Shown in pieces: positions 36,544 through 45,681 of a DNA stretch of 64,000 bases. The DNA is taken from assembly GCA_964565715.1 (NCBI GenBank), contig CAZMGG010000011.1, forward strand, positions 121 to 64,120. The letters are read 5' to 3'. The notes under the pieces are model-generated. The model was not told the DNA's origin and searched no databases. It worked only from the letters and a program-made list of their open reading frames with translations. The position numbers and the translations under genes were made by a program. How positions within the stretch are numbered: position 1 is the stretch's first letter; each line of letters begins with the position of its first letter. The stretch is from an uncultured candidatus Brocadiaceae bacterium. GTDB lineage: Bacteria; Planctomycetota; UBA1135; UBA2386.

Positions 36544-39527
36544 CGGGGTCTCCGGGGAGCGGATGGCGAGGTGCGCAGCTCGCCGTAGCGGCCCTCGGCC
36601 TCGCGGCCGACCGGCACCTCGGCGCGCAGCACGCGCAGCATCTCGTCGCGGGTGAGGTAGCGGCAGTCCTCGTGGCTGATGTCCTTCTCCCAGCGGCCGC
36701 GTTCGTCCTGCAGGCGGTCGAAGGCCATCTCCTCGAAGTGCAGGTCGCGGACGCCCTGCAGGCTGTCCCAGGTGGTCAGGTCCTGCAGGCCGGTGGGCAT
36801 GCGGCTCGCATCGAGCAGGTGGCCGAGGCCGCCGGCACCGCTGGCGACGACGAATTGCTGCAGGAAGGGCGCGTTGTAGACGCGCAGCAGGCGCAGCCGG
36901 CCGGTGCCGCCGTAGACGCGGACGTTGCCCTGGGCGCGGGCGGGCTCCAGGGGATTGGAGATGTCGTAGGCGGTGACGCGGAGCTGGCGGTTCTGGTCGT
37001 CGCCCTGCTCGGCCAGCACGAACAGGTAGTCGCGTTCCTGGCTCCTGATGCCGCCGCCCTGGCTGCCGAGGTCGAACTGGGTGTTGCAGGCCACGCCGCG
37101 CACGTCGGCGCGGTCGCGGGGGAAGGTGCGCTCGTGGCGGGGGCCGTGCAGCACCTGCGGCTTGCCCGGCTCGGTGAAGTCGACGAGGCGGACGCCGTCG
37201 AGGCCGCAGGCCACCGCGGCGAGGTGGCGGGCGGGGCTGCGGCCGATGCGCTCGCCGAGCGGATCCTGGGCCTTGGTGCGCGAATACTGGAAGAAGGCGG
37301 TGACGTCGGTGGCCTCGTTGGGGGCGCCGCTCTCGCCGTTCAGGTCGACGCTGGCCAGCACCTTGGGCTGCTGCGGGTCGGCGACGTCGGCGATCACGAG
37401 CCCGCCGGGGCCGTCGGCCACCAGCAGCCAGGGCCAGGCGAGGTGCAGCGCGCGGGCCTGGATGGTCGGCAGCGCCGCCAGCAGCTTCGGCCGGTCGGGC
37501 TTGTCGAGGTCGAAGATCAGCACGCCGCCACTACCGTCGGCGACGTAGAGGTGATCGCCCTGGACCAGGGCGGCGCGCGGGTCCTGCAGTTCCTTGCGGC
37601 TGCCGACGAGGCGGGGCTGCACGGGGCTCTGCAGGTCGACGACGTGCAGCGAGCCGTCGCTGGCGCCGACGTAGGCGTGGGTGGCCTGGGCGGTGGCCGG
37701 ATGGCTGCGCAGGCCGAGCGCGCGGGGATCGCCGGGCAGCGGCAGGTCGGCCACCGGCGTGGTGCGGGCGGGCTGCTTGCCGTCGAAGGCGATGGTCCAG
37801 AGGCCACGGCCGGTGATGGCGTAGCCGAACTCGCGGGTCAGGCGGAAGTTGATCGAGCCGAGCCCCCAGGTGGCGGGGCTGCGGTGGCACTCGACGCAGG
37901 TGCGCGCCTCGGGCCGGGTGGTGTGGGTCTGGTGTGGCACCAGGGTCACGCCCGACAGGCCCGCCGCGGTCACTGGCAGGCCCTGGTGCAGGACGGTGTT
38001 GCCGTTCTTGTCGTGGGCCGAGCCGATGGTGGAGAAGCCGACCATGTAGGGCGCCACCTGCTGCTCGTGGTTGAAGCCGAGCCGGAGCTGGTTGAAGGCC
38101 GCGAACACCTTCTCCTGGGTCGTGACGCGGCCGTCGGTGCGGCGGCCGGAGATCAGGTCGAGCTGGGTGAACTGCTCGTTGCGGTCGAAGTGGAAGCCGA
38201 AGAAGTTGACGTTCCAGCCCGAGTGGCAGGCATAGCACTCGAGGCGGCCGTGCTCGCTGGTCATCGCCGCGGCGGCGCGGGGATTCCACTCGGGCCGGGT
38301 GCGGTCGACGACGTGGGCCGCCTGGGTGACCTTGTGGCGCCTGCCGGTGACCTTGCTGACCAGGAAGAACTCGTCGTCCTCGCGGTGCAGGTTCTTCACC
38401 CGGCGGCCCTTGCTGGTCAGCAGGTCGGACACCCGGTCGACGGTGCCGTGGCAACTGGTGCACTCGATCTCGACGGCGTGGTCCATCTGCGGCCACAGGT
38501 TGCCGTCGCCCATGGTGTCAGAGCTGGTGTGGCAGTCGATGCAGTGCATGCCGCGCTGGTGGTGCACGTCGGGCGGCGTCAGGTCCTGGTCCTGGATGTA
38601 GAAGGCGCCGTTCTGCAGCTTGTCGGTGGTGCCGGGCACCTCGGGCCCCGCCGGCATGCCGGGCACCAGCTGGGCCAGGCCGCGGAAGGACAGGCCGATG
38701 CTGGCGTCGCCGTAGTGGCAGCGGGCGCAGGTGTCGGTGGTGACCCGGCTGGTCATCCGGTGCTGCAGTGGGTGGCCGGGCTCGCGCTTGTCGATGGTGG
38801 GGTCGTTGCTGCGCGAGCGGCCGTCCTCGGCGTAGGGCACGTGGCAGGCCGAGCACCCTTCGCCGCGGTAGTCGCCATCGAGACCGACGCGGCCGCGCAC
38901 GCCGCGGCCGACGCTCCACAGGTGGCACTGCATGCAGGCCTTGCGCGGCAGGTCGGAGTAGTGGGTGGCGATGTCGCCGGGTCTGCCGTTGCCGGTGTGG
39001 GCCGGCACCTGGCTGACGGCGCGCAGCGCCTTGTCGGGCACCTCGCCGTCGTCGTCGCGGGCGGCGAACACGCCGTAGGCCGGCCGCTTGCCCCGGGCGA
39101 GCCCGTGCTCGTAGTAGCCGTCGCCGAGATGGCCGGTGGTGGTGGCGTGCAGCGACTTCAGCACGTTGTCGACGTAGCGGTCGTGGCAGGTGCCGCAGGT
39201 CTGTCGCACGACGCGCAGGTTGGACGGGTTGCGGAAGCGCTGCCACTCGAGGTCGAAGTTCTCCGGCAGCACCCGCTCGTCGCCCGGCACCGGCTGCTTC
39301 GGCAGCACGTGGGCCCGGTCCTTCTCGGCGGCGCTCTCGTCGCCGCCGTGGCAGTCGACGCAGCGCAGCGGGAAGCCCGGATGGATCTCCTCGATGCCGC
39401 CGTGGCACTGCAGGCAGCCGTTGCGCGCGGGGGCGCCGGAGGCGGCGCGGGCCGCGGGCTGGTCCGGCAGGAGGCTCGCGCCGAGCAGCGGCAGCAGCAG
39501 CAGGGCGAAGGTGGCGAGGCGGCGCAT
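36540..39527 (-). CDS. decaheme c-type cytochrome fused to a C-terminal LVIVD-repeat beta-propeller-like domain
   Basis: Signal peptide present. Ten CxxCH motifs counted: CLQCH, CVDCH, CGTCH, CMQCH, CSACH, CARCH, CIDCH, CTSCH, CYACH, CVECH. The C-terminal half carries repeats GGVLIFDLDKPDRPKL, GGLVIADVADPQQPKV, GVRLVDFTEPGKPQV and RVTAYDISNPLEP. Confidence 0.85.
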   Translation of the reverse strand: MRRLATFALLLLPLLGASLLPDQPAARAASGAPARNGCLQCHGGIEEIHPGFPLRCVDCHGGDESAAEKDRAHVLPKQPVPGDERVLPENFDLEWQRFRNPSNLRVVRQTCGTCHDRYVDNVLKSLHATTTGHLGDGYYEHGLARGKRPAYGVFAARDDDGEVPDKALRAVSQVPAHTGNGRPGDIATHYSDLPRKACMQCHLWSVGRGVRGRVGLDGDYRGEGCSACHVPYAEDGRSRSNDPTIDKREPGHPLQHRMTSRVTTDTCARCHYGDASIGLSFRGLAQLVPGMPAGPEVPGTTDKLQNGAFYIQDQDLTPPDVHHQRGMHCIDCHTSSDTMGDGNLWPQMDHAVEIECTSCHGTVDRVSDLLTSKGRRVKNLHREDDEFFLVSKVTGRRHKVTQAAHVVDRTRPEWNPRAAAAMTSEHGRLECYACHSGWNVNFFGFHFDRNEQFTQLDLISGRRTDGRVTTQEKVFAAFNQLRLGFNHEQQVAPYMVGFSTIGSAHDKNGNTVLHQGLPVTAAGLSGVTLVPHQTHTTRPEARTCVECHRSPATWGLGSINFRLTREFGYAITGRGLWTIAFDGKQPARTTPVADLPLPGDPRALGLRSHPATAQATHAYVGASDGSLHVVDLQSPVQPRLVGSRKELQDPRAALVQGDHLYVADGSGGVLIFDLDKPDRPKLLAALPTIQARALHLAWPWLLVADGPGGLVIADVADPQQPKVLASVDLNGESGAPNEATDVTAFFQYSRTKAQDPLGERIGRSPARHLAAVACGLDGVRLVDFTEPGKPQVLHGPRHERTFPRDRADVRGVACNTQFDLGSQGGGIRSQERDYLFVLAEQGDDQNRQLRVTAYDISNPLEPARAQGNVRVYGGTGRLRLLRVYNAPFLQQFVVASGAGGLGHLLDASRMPTGLQDLTTWDSLQGVRDLHFEEMAFDRLQDERGRWEKDISHEDCRYLTRDEMLRVLRAEVPVGREAEGRYGELRTSPSAPRRPR

Positions 39528-39531
39528 CGCC

Positions 39532-40719
39532 TCAGGCGAACAGGTCCCGGATCACCCTGCCCGACATGGTCTTCGGCGGCTGCCGGCCGAACAGCGACAG
39601 CACCGTCGGCGCCACGTCGTGGGTCTGCGCCTCGGTCCTGCTGACCTTGTTGCGGGCGAAGTCGGGCCCGGCGGCCACCAGGAAGACCTTGCGCAGCTCG
39701 TCGCTGCTGTCGCCGTGGTCGAGGCCGTTGCGCTCGTTGAGGTCCTTGTCGCGGCCGAACTCCGGCAGCACCAGGATCGCGGTCCTGTCCTTCAGGTCGG
39801 GGTCCTGCTGCACCGCGTCCCACAGCCTGCCGAGTTCCTGGTCGTTGCGCCGGATCACCTCGACGTAGCCGTTGTAGGAGCCGTGCGCGATGTCGGCGTT
39901 CTGCAGGGTGATGCCCAGCAGCTTCGGCTTGAACACCCGCAGCATGTTGAGGCCGACCCGGATCGCCTTGGCGTCGCCGGCGCCGGGCCCGGTCACCTTG
40001 GCGGTGTTGCCGGTCAGCTCGTCGAGGATGAACTTCTCCACCCGCCGCACCTGGGTCGGATCCGGCGCCTGGCCGCCCTTCATGGCCTGCAGCGCCGCCG
40101 GATCCAGCGCCGCGGCAAGCCGGTCGAGGGTGGCGGCGTCGCGCTCGGAGTCGGGCTTCGGCCGGCCGAAGGTCGCCAGCACCTTCTGGAACTCGACGTT
40201 GAAGATGCCATCGCCATCCAGCACCTGGGCGCCGAACGCCTCGCCGTAGTCGGGGTGGTCGCTGCAGGCGAACAGCCGGCCCTGCACGCCGCCGGCGGTG
40301 CTGAGCCAGACGTCGCCCGGGCCGAAGCCCGCGTCCTTGCGCAGGTGCTCGAACAGCGTCGGGTTGAGCCCGCGCTGGTTCTCGCGGATGCCCATCACCT
40401 CGACGTTGCCGGTGAAGATCGACAGCGCCGCGCCATAGTGGCCGACGTTCTGGCAGCGCACCTGCGGGATCGCCACGCCCTGACTGGCGATGCGCATCAG
40501 GTTCGGCACGTTCGCCGGCGTGCCGAGGCAGTCCTTCATCCGCACGCCGCCGGCGAACGCGACCACGACGACGTGCTCGGTCCTCGGCGGCGGGGTCCAC
40601 AGGCCGCCCAGCAGGCCGTCTTCCCGCAGGCAGCCGTCGAGCTGCGGCAGGGCGGCCGCGGCGGCGGCGCCGGCCAGGAAGTCGCGGCGGGAGGGGCGGC
40701 GGTCGCGGGGCTGGGTCAT
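39532..40719 (-). CDS. DUF1501 family protein (sulfatase-like fold) with Tat signal
   Basis: MTQPRDRRPSRRDFLAGAAAAAAL is a twin-arginine leader. ...DHGDSS... and the overall 395-aa size are typical of DUF1501. Confidence 0.8.
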   Translation of the reverse strand: MTQPRDRRPSRRDFLAGAAAAAALPQLDGCLREDGLLGGLWTPPPRTEHVVVVAFAGGVRMKDCLGTPANVPNLMRIASQGVAIPQVRCQNVGHYGAALSIFTGNVEVMGIRENQRGLNPTLFEHLRKDAGFGPGDVWLSTAGGVQGRLFACSDHPDYGEAFGAQVLDGDGIFNVEFQKVLATFGRPKPDSERDAATLDRLAAALDPAALQAMKGGQAPDPTQVRRVEKFILDELTGNTAKVTGPGAGDAKAIRVGLNMLRVFKPKLLGITLQNADIAHGSYNGYVEVIRRNDQELGRLWDAVQQDPDLKDRTAILVLPEFGRDKDLNERNGLDHGDSSDELRKVFLVAAGPDFARNKVSRTEAQTHDVAPTVLSLFGRQPPKTMSGRVIRDLFA

Positions 40720-40804
40720 CGGGCTACCGGGGCACGGTGTATGGTAGCGGGGACGGCGGGCCTGGCCGAGCCCCGGGTCGCCCCGTTCTTCGGCGTTCCG
40801 GGGC

Positions 40805-41818
40805 TCAGTAGTACTGGTACTCCACCGAGCCGACCAGCGACCGCACCAGCAGCGCCGGGGTAGAGCCCTGGGCCAGTTCGCCCTGGAACGCCTGCGCCTC
40901 GGCCGCCGACGGCTCCCGCGCCAGATACCGCGCGAAGCACTCGCGGACGAAGGCCGGGCCGTCCTGGCCCGCCGCCGGCAGGTCGGCCTTGCCCGAGTCG
41001 AGGATCAGCTTGGCCAGCACCGCCTTGAGCGGCGCCGGGTCGGCCATCGACTGCAGGGCGTTGCGCAGGTTGCGCAGCTCGTCGTGGTCGGGCACCCGCT
41101 GCAGCAGGTCCATGTAGAGCCCGCGCAGGAACTGCCGCTCGCTCTTCGGCTTCGGCCGCAGGAGCGCCGTGCGATACGCCTCGCCCTGCAGCCAGCGGCC
41201 CAGCACGGCGAAGAACGTGCGCCAGTCCGCCTGCACCTCGGCGACCTCGGGCGCGTCCTTTGGCAACGGCGCGTCCAGCAGGCGCCGGTGGTGGCGGTCC
41301 AGCAGGTGCCGCGCGCAGTCCGCGTGGGCCAGCACGATGCGGATCACGTCGGCCTGGTTCTGCCCTTCCTCGCCGAGGAAGCGCGCCTTCCTGCCGTCGT
41401 AGAGCCTCTTGCCCGCCTCCAGGATCGGCTTCGTCCGCCGATCCTGCACCGTGTAGCCGAGGCACTGCTCGAGCACCACGGTGACGAAGGTGTCGTTGCC
41501 GGGATTGCGCTGCGAGAAGCCGGTGCTGAGCAGGATCTCCGCCAGCGCGTCCCGCGCCGTCAGCTCGCCGCGCTGCAGCTGCAGCGGCACCCGGTCGACG
41601 CCCTCGCCGCGCGGGCGGAAGTTGTCGATCAGGAGGAAGTAGTAGAGCTCCTCCTCGAACCAGGCGGTCATCGCCTCCCGCGAGCCGAGCAGGCGCGGCA
41701 GGACCGCCGCGAGATCGGCGCCAACGTAGGCCGCCCGTTCGCCGGGGCTCGGCCCGCGCTGCAGCGTGTCGTAGCACAGGCGCTGCAGCAGGCGCAGGGT
41801 GACCTTGGTCTCACGCAT
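40805..41818 (-). CDS. DUF1549/DUF1553-like helical repeat protein (usual partner class of DUF1501), lacking any cytochrome motif
   Basis: Three copies of the motif resembling FLRRxYLDLxGRxPxxxE: LLQRLCYDTLQRGPSPGE, FLRGLYMDLLQRVPDHDE and FVRECFARYLAREPSAAE. Start chosen at ATG 41818. Confidence 0.55.
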   Translation of the reverse strand: MRETKVTLRLLQRLCYDTLQRGPSPGERAAYVGADLAAVLPRLLGSREAMTAWFEEELYYFLLIDNFRPRGEGVDRVPLQLQRGELTARDALAEILLSTGFSQRNPGNDTFVTVVLEQCLGYTVQDRRTKPILEAGKRLYDGRKARFLGEEGQNQADVIRIVLAHADCARHLLDRHHRRLLDAPLPKDAPEVAEVQADWRTFFAVLGRWLQGEAYRTALLRPKPKSERQFLRGLYMDLLQRVPDHDELRNLRNALQSMADPAPLKAVLAKLILDSGKADLPAAGQDGPAFVRECFARYLAREPSAAEAQAFQGELAQGSTPALLVRSLVGSVEYQYY

Positions 41819-41855
41819 GGCGGCGGATGGTAGCGCAAGGCTAGCATCGGCACTG

Positions 41856-42680
41856 GTGACCATCCCCGAGCAGGCGACTCCCGCGCTGGAGCTGTGCGAC
41901 ATCGGCGCCAACCTGACCGATCCGGCGTTTTGCGGCGATCTGCCGGCGGTGCTGGCCCGAGCCCGGCGCCAGGGCGTCACCCGGATCGTGCTGACCGGCA
42001 CCGACGTCGACACCAGCCGCCGGGCGCTCGCCCTGGCGCGGGTGCATCCGGGCTTCCTGTGGAGCACCGCCGGCGTGCATCCGCACCACGGGGCCAGCGT
42101 CGACGACGCGGCGCTGCAGGCGTTGCACGAACTGCTGGCGGCGCCCGAGGTGGTGGCGGTGGGCGAGTGCGGGCTCGACTACTTCCGCGACCTGTCGCCG
42201 CGGGACGCGCAGGAGCGGGCCTTCCGTGGCCAGATCGCGCTGGCGGTGGCCCTGCAGAAGCCGCTGTTCGTGCACGACCGCGACGCGTTCCCGGACGTGC
42301 ACCGGCTGCTGGCCGAACGGCGGAGGGAGTACCCGCGGGCGGTGGTGCACTGCTTCACCGGCGACGAGACGGCGCTGCGCGGCTACCTCGACCTCGACCT
42401 GCACATCGGCATCACCGGCTGGATCTGCGACGAGCGGCGCGGGCTGCACCTGCGGGAACTGGTGCGCTACGTGCCGCGGGAGCGGCTGCTGCTGGAGACC
42501 GACTCGCCCTACCTGCTGCCGCGGACGATCCGGCCGAAGCCGGGCTCGCGGCGGAACGAGCCGTGCTTCCTGCCGCACGTGCTGGCGATGGTGGCCGGGT
42601 GCCTGGGCGAGGATCCGGCGGTGGTGGCAGCCCGCACCACGGCGACGGCGCGGGCGTTCTTCGGGCTGGGCCATCCCTAG
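41856..42680 (+). CDS. tatD: TatD family metal-dependent hydrolase
   Basis: LCDIGANLTDPAF, WSTAGVHPHH, AVGECGLDYFR, LFVHDRDA, VVHCFTG and LLLETDSPYL are TatD blocks. The start is ambiguous (GTG 41856 chosen; the track start is 41799). Confidence 0.85.
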   Translation: MTIPEQATPALELCDIGANLTDPAFCGDLPAVLARARRQGVTRIVLTGTDVDTSRRALALARVHPGFLWSTAGVHPHHGASVDDAALQALHELLAAPEVVAVGECGLDYFRDLSPRDAQERAFRGQIALAVALQKPLFVHDRDAFPDVHRLLAERRREYPRAVVHCFTGDETALRGYLDLDLHIGITGWICDERRGLHLRELVRYVPRERLLLETDSPYLLPRTIRPKPGSRRNEPCFLPHVLAMVAGCLGEDPAVVAARTTATARAFFGLGHP

Positions 42681-42723
42681 AATGCGTCGTAAATATCTAA
42701 TCCGTAGCATCTTAGGATATCGA

Positions 42724-42756
42724 ATGCATTTTCGGAGTGTCACTCCGAAAATGCAT
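42724..42756. promoter_or_regulatory. perfect 33-nt palindrome inside an AT-rich leader
   Basis: atgcattttcggagtg-t-cactccgaaaatgcat ends 2 nt before the ATG of the DUF4143 ATPase gene. The surrounding roughly 80 bp (42681-42758) are about 40% G+C by my count. Confidence 0.45.
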
Positions 42757-42758
42757 CC

Positions 42759-44018
42759 ATGGCGTATCGCCACCGCAGCATCGAGGCGCAGGTCACCGCC
42801 CTGGCCCGGTCCTTTCCGGCGGTCCTGGTCACCGGGCCGCGGCAGACCGGCAAGACCACCCTGCTCACCGAGGTGGCCGCCGACCTGCTCGCCCAGCCGG
42901 TGACCACGTTCTCCTTCGACACGCCGGCCCAGATCGACCAGGTGCGGCGGGATCCGGCAATGTTCTTCCAGGAGCACCAGGGTGTGATGTTCCTGGACGA
43001 GGTGCAGAACGTGCCCGACCTGTTTCCGTGGCTGAAGCGGGAGATCGATCGCACGGGCCGGGCGTTCCGCTTCTTCCTCTCCGGCAGCCAGCACTTCCAC
43101 CTGATGCGTGGGGTCACCGAGTCGCTGGCCGGGCGCATCGCCGTGCTGGACCTGTGGCCGTTCGCCAGCCGTGAGTTCGGCGAGAACGAGCCGAGGGCGG
43201 TGGTGGAGGCGCTGGAGGATCCACAACGGTTGCTGGCACGGGTCGGCGAGGAGTGGCCGTGCGCTCCCGACACGGTGCTGTCGACCATGCTGCTGGGCGG
43301 CTACCCGCCGGTTCGGCTGCGGCAGGCGCCGGCCACCGAGTGGTTCGAGGCCTATCGGCGGACCTTCGTGCAGCGCGACATCCGCGAGCTGAGCCAGGTC
43401 GCGGATCTGGGTCGCTTCGACCGCTTCGTCGTCCTCTGTGCCGGTCGGGCCGGCACCATCGTGTCGAAGAGCGAACTCGGCAACTCGCTCGGGGTCGATG
43501 GCAAGACCGTCGACCATTGGCTGTCGCTGCTGGAGACGAGCTATCAGGTCGTGCAGCTGCCTGCCTGGCACCAGAACACCACGTCGCGATTGACCAAGCG
43601 GCCGAAGCTGCTGTTCGCCGACAGCGGCCTGGGACTGCATCTGCAGGCGATCCGGAGCCACGACGCGCTGCGCAACGCGCCGCACTTCGGCCGCCTGTTC
43701 GAGTCGTTCGTGCTGATGGAGATCCGCAAGCTCTACGGCCACGCGGCGCTGCCCTGGAACGGTCACCACTGGTCGACGCCGCGCGGCGCCGAATGCGATC
43801 TGGTGCTGCCCGTGGGCGAGCGCCTGGTGCCGGTGGAGGTCAAGTTCCGCGCCACGGTGTCGGCCGACGACGCGGTCGGCATCGCCGCGATGCGGCGGAT
43901 CCACGGCGATCGGGTCGGCCCGGGCATCGTGGTGTCGATGCTGCCGCGGATCGAGCGGCTGGCCCAGGACGTCATCAACGTGCCGGTCGGCTGGCTCCTC
44001 GGGCGCGAGGTGGCGTAG
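42759..44018 (+). CDS. AAA-family ATPase with C-terminal DUF4143-like domain
   Basis: Walker A VLVTGPRQTGKTTLL and Walker B-like VMFLDEVQ. The C-terminal ...ECDLVLPVGERLVPVEVKF resembles the restriction-endonuclease-like DUF4143 core. Confidence 0.8.
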   Translation: MAYRHRSIEAQVTALARSFPAVLVTGPRQTGKTTLLTEVAADLLAQPVTTFSFDTPAQIDQVRRDPAMFFQEHQGVMFLDEVQNVPDLFPWLKREIDRTGRAFRFFLSGSQHFHLMRGVTESLAGRIAVLDLWPFASREFGENEPRAVVEALEDPQRLLARVGEEWPCAPDTVLSTMLLGGYPPVRLRQAPATEWFEAYRRTFVQRDIRELSQVADLGRFDRFVVLCAGRAGTIVSKSELGNSLGVDGKTVDHWLSLLETSYQVVQLPAWHQNTTSRLTKRPKLLFADSGLGLHLQAIRSHDALRNAPHFGRLFESFVLMEIRKLYGHAALPWNGHHWSTPRGAECDLVLPVGERLVPVEVKFRATVSADDAVGIAAMRRIHGDRVGPGIVVSMLPRIERLAQDVINVPVGWLLGREVA

Positions 44019-44030
44019 CGACCCGCCGCC

Positions 44031-45599
44031 TCACCGGACGTGGGGCACCGTCGCCAGCACCTCGCACTCGCCATTGCCGCGCCGGCTGTGCACCACCACC
44101 GTGTGACGACCGTCGACGCCGGCGCGGAACGCCGTCAGCACGTTGCCGCCGGTGCCGCCGCCCTCCCAGGTGCCGAGCGCACGGCCGTCGGGCCCCAGCA
44201 CCGTCACCGCCGCGTCGCAGCTCGCACTGCGCGCCGACAGCCACCACTCGGCGCCCGCCGTCAGCATCACGTGGCAATGTCCGGGCGCATCGGTCCGCAC
44301 CGGCAGCACCAGCGGCGCGTCGGGCCGCAGTTCGGGCAGCTCCAGCCGGTCGACCCGCACTTCATAGGCGCCGCCGCCGGTGCCGCCGGGGCAGAACACC
44401 AGCAGCCGGTGCCGGCCCGGCCGTTCGACCAGGAAGGTCCGCTCCGGGTTGCGGTCGAGCGGCGAGCGGTCGTCGACATTCGCCAGCACCGTGCCGTCCG
44501 GCGCCCACAGGTCGAACTGCGCGTCGAACGCGGCACTGGTCACGGACACCCGCAGCACCTCGCCGGGCGTCCCCGGCAGCTCGTACACCGTGCCGCCGCC
44601 GAGCGGCAGCACCGCCTGCACCGGCGCGCCGAACTCCAGTCGCACCGCCTCCCGCTGCAGCGTGATGCCGCACGCGCTCGCAAGGTGCGACGGATTGCGC
44701 ACGCGCAGCTCCAGCTGCGCGTCCTTCCTGGCCACCAGCCAGCGCCAGTGGCTGCCGCCCTTGTCCAGCGCGCCGGTCCAGACGAACGCCGGCCCGCGCC
44801 CGGGCGCGGTCTCGATCAGGTCGAACGGGCCCGGCCCCGCCGCCACGGCGAGGTGCAGCGCCAGCGCCTCGCCCTGCCGCACCGGCAGCCGCCAGACGTC
44901 GAAGCCGTGCGGCGGCATGGTGTCTTGCACGCCCTGACCGAGGTCCCGTTGCCGCGCCAGCGCCAGCGCGAGATCGCACTCGCGGTCCGCCTCGCCCTCG
45001 ATGCGCACGAAGTGATCGCCGTCCACCAGCGCCCGGTAGCCGCCCAGCCACTCGACGAGGTCCTGCCGCGATGGATCGAACACGCGGGTGACCCGCCCCT
45101 GCCCGGTGACGGTGGGCACCAGGATGTCGCCCTGCCGCAGCGGCACGCGATAGTGCCACCACTGCTCCTCGCCGAAGCGATGGTGCGCCTCGCCGTCGGC
45201 CGGCAGGTCGCTGGTCGGCATGCGCACCAGCACGAACGAGTAGTGGCCGCCGCCGCTGCCCTCGAAGCCCTGCACCCGGAACGCCAGCGGGCCGTCCTTG
45301 GGCGCGCGCAGCCAGAGTTCGCTCCGCGTGCCCTCGCCGTCGTTCTCGCCGAGCAGGGTGCCGGTGCCGTCCACCAGGGACAGCACCGGGTCGAAGGCCG
45401 AGCTCTCGACCACGCAGTGCAGCATCTCGCCCTGCTTGCCGGGGAACTCCCAGCGGTCGGTCTTGCCGAGCGTCAGCAGCTTGTGCTCGCGGATCTCGCG
45501 GCCGGGCGGCACCTGCCGGCTGCCCTCCTGGGCGCCGAGGTGGGGCAGCAGCAGGAGGAGGAACGGAAGGAACGGGGCGGATCGGCTCATGTGGGTCAC
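44031..45599 (-). CDS. secreted protein with repeated pre-peptidase-C-terminal-like beta-sandwich domains
   Basis: Signal peptide SAPFLPFLLLLLPHLGAQ. Repeated pattern ...SAFDPVLSLVDGTGTLLGENDGEG...GGGHYSFVLVR / ...AAFDAQFDLWAPDGTVLANVDD...GGGAYEVRVDR / ...CDAAVTVLGPDGRALG... Confidence 0.65.
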   Translation of the reverse strand: MTHMSRSAPFLPFLLLLLPHLGAQEGSRQVPPGREIREHKLLTLGKTDRWEFPGKQGEMLHCVVESSAFDPVLSLVDGTGTLLGENDGEGTRSELWLRAPKDGPLAFRVQGFEGSGGGHYSFVLVRMPTSDLPADGEAHHRFGEEQWWHYRVPLRQGDILVPTVTGQGRVTRVFDPSRQDLVEWLGGYRALVDGDHFVRIEGEADRECDLALALARQRDLGQGVQDTMPPHGFDVWRLPVRQGEALALHLAVAAGPGPFDLIETAPGRGPAFVWTGALDKGGSHWRWLVARKDAQLELRVRNPSHLASACGITLQREAVRLEFGAPVQAVLPLGGGTVYELPGTPGEVLRVSVTSAAFDAQFDLWAPDGTVLANVDDRSPLDRNPERTFLVERPGRHRLLVFCPGGTGGGAYEVRVDRLELPELRPDAPLVLPVRTDAPGHCHVMLTAGAEWWLSARSASCDAAVTVLGPDGRALGTWEGGGTGGNVLTAFRAGVDGRHTVVVHSRRGNGECEVLATVPHVR

Positions 45600-45681
45600 C
45601 GTGCCATGGATCCCGGGGCCGGCGGTTCCTTACCGGAATCTGGTGCCCCGGCGCCGGCGCGCTCCAATGGCTGGTTCCGCC

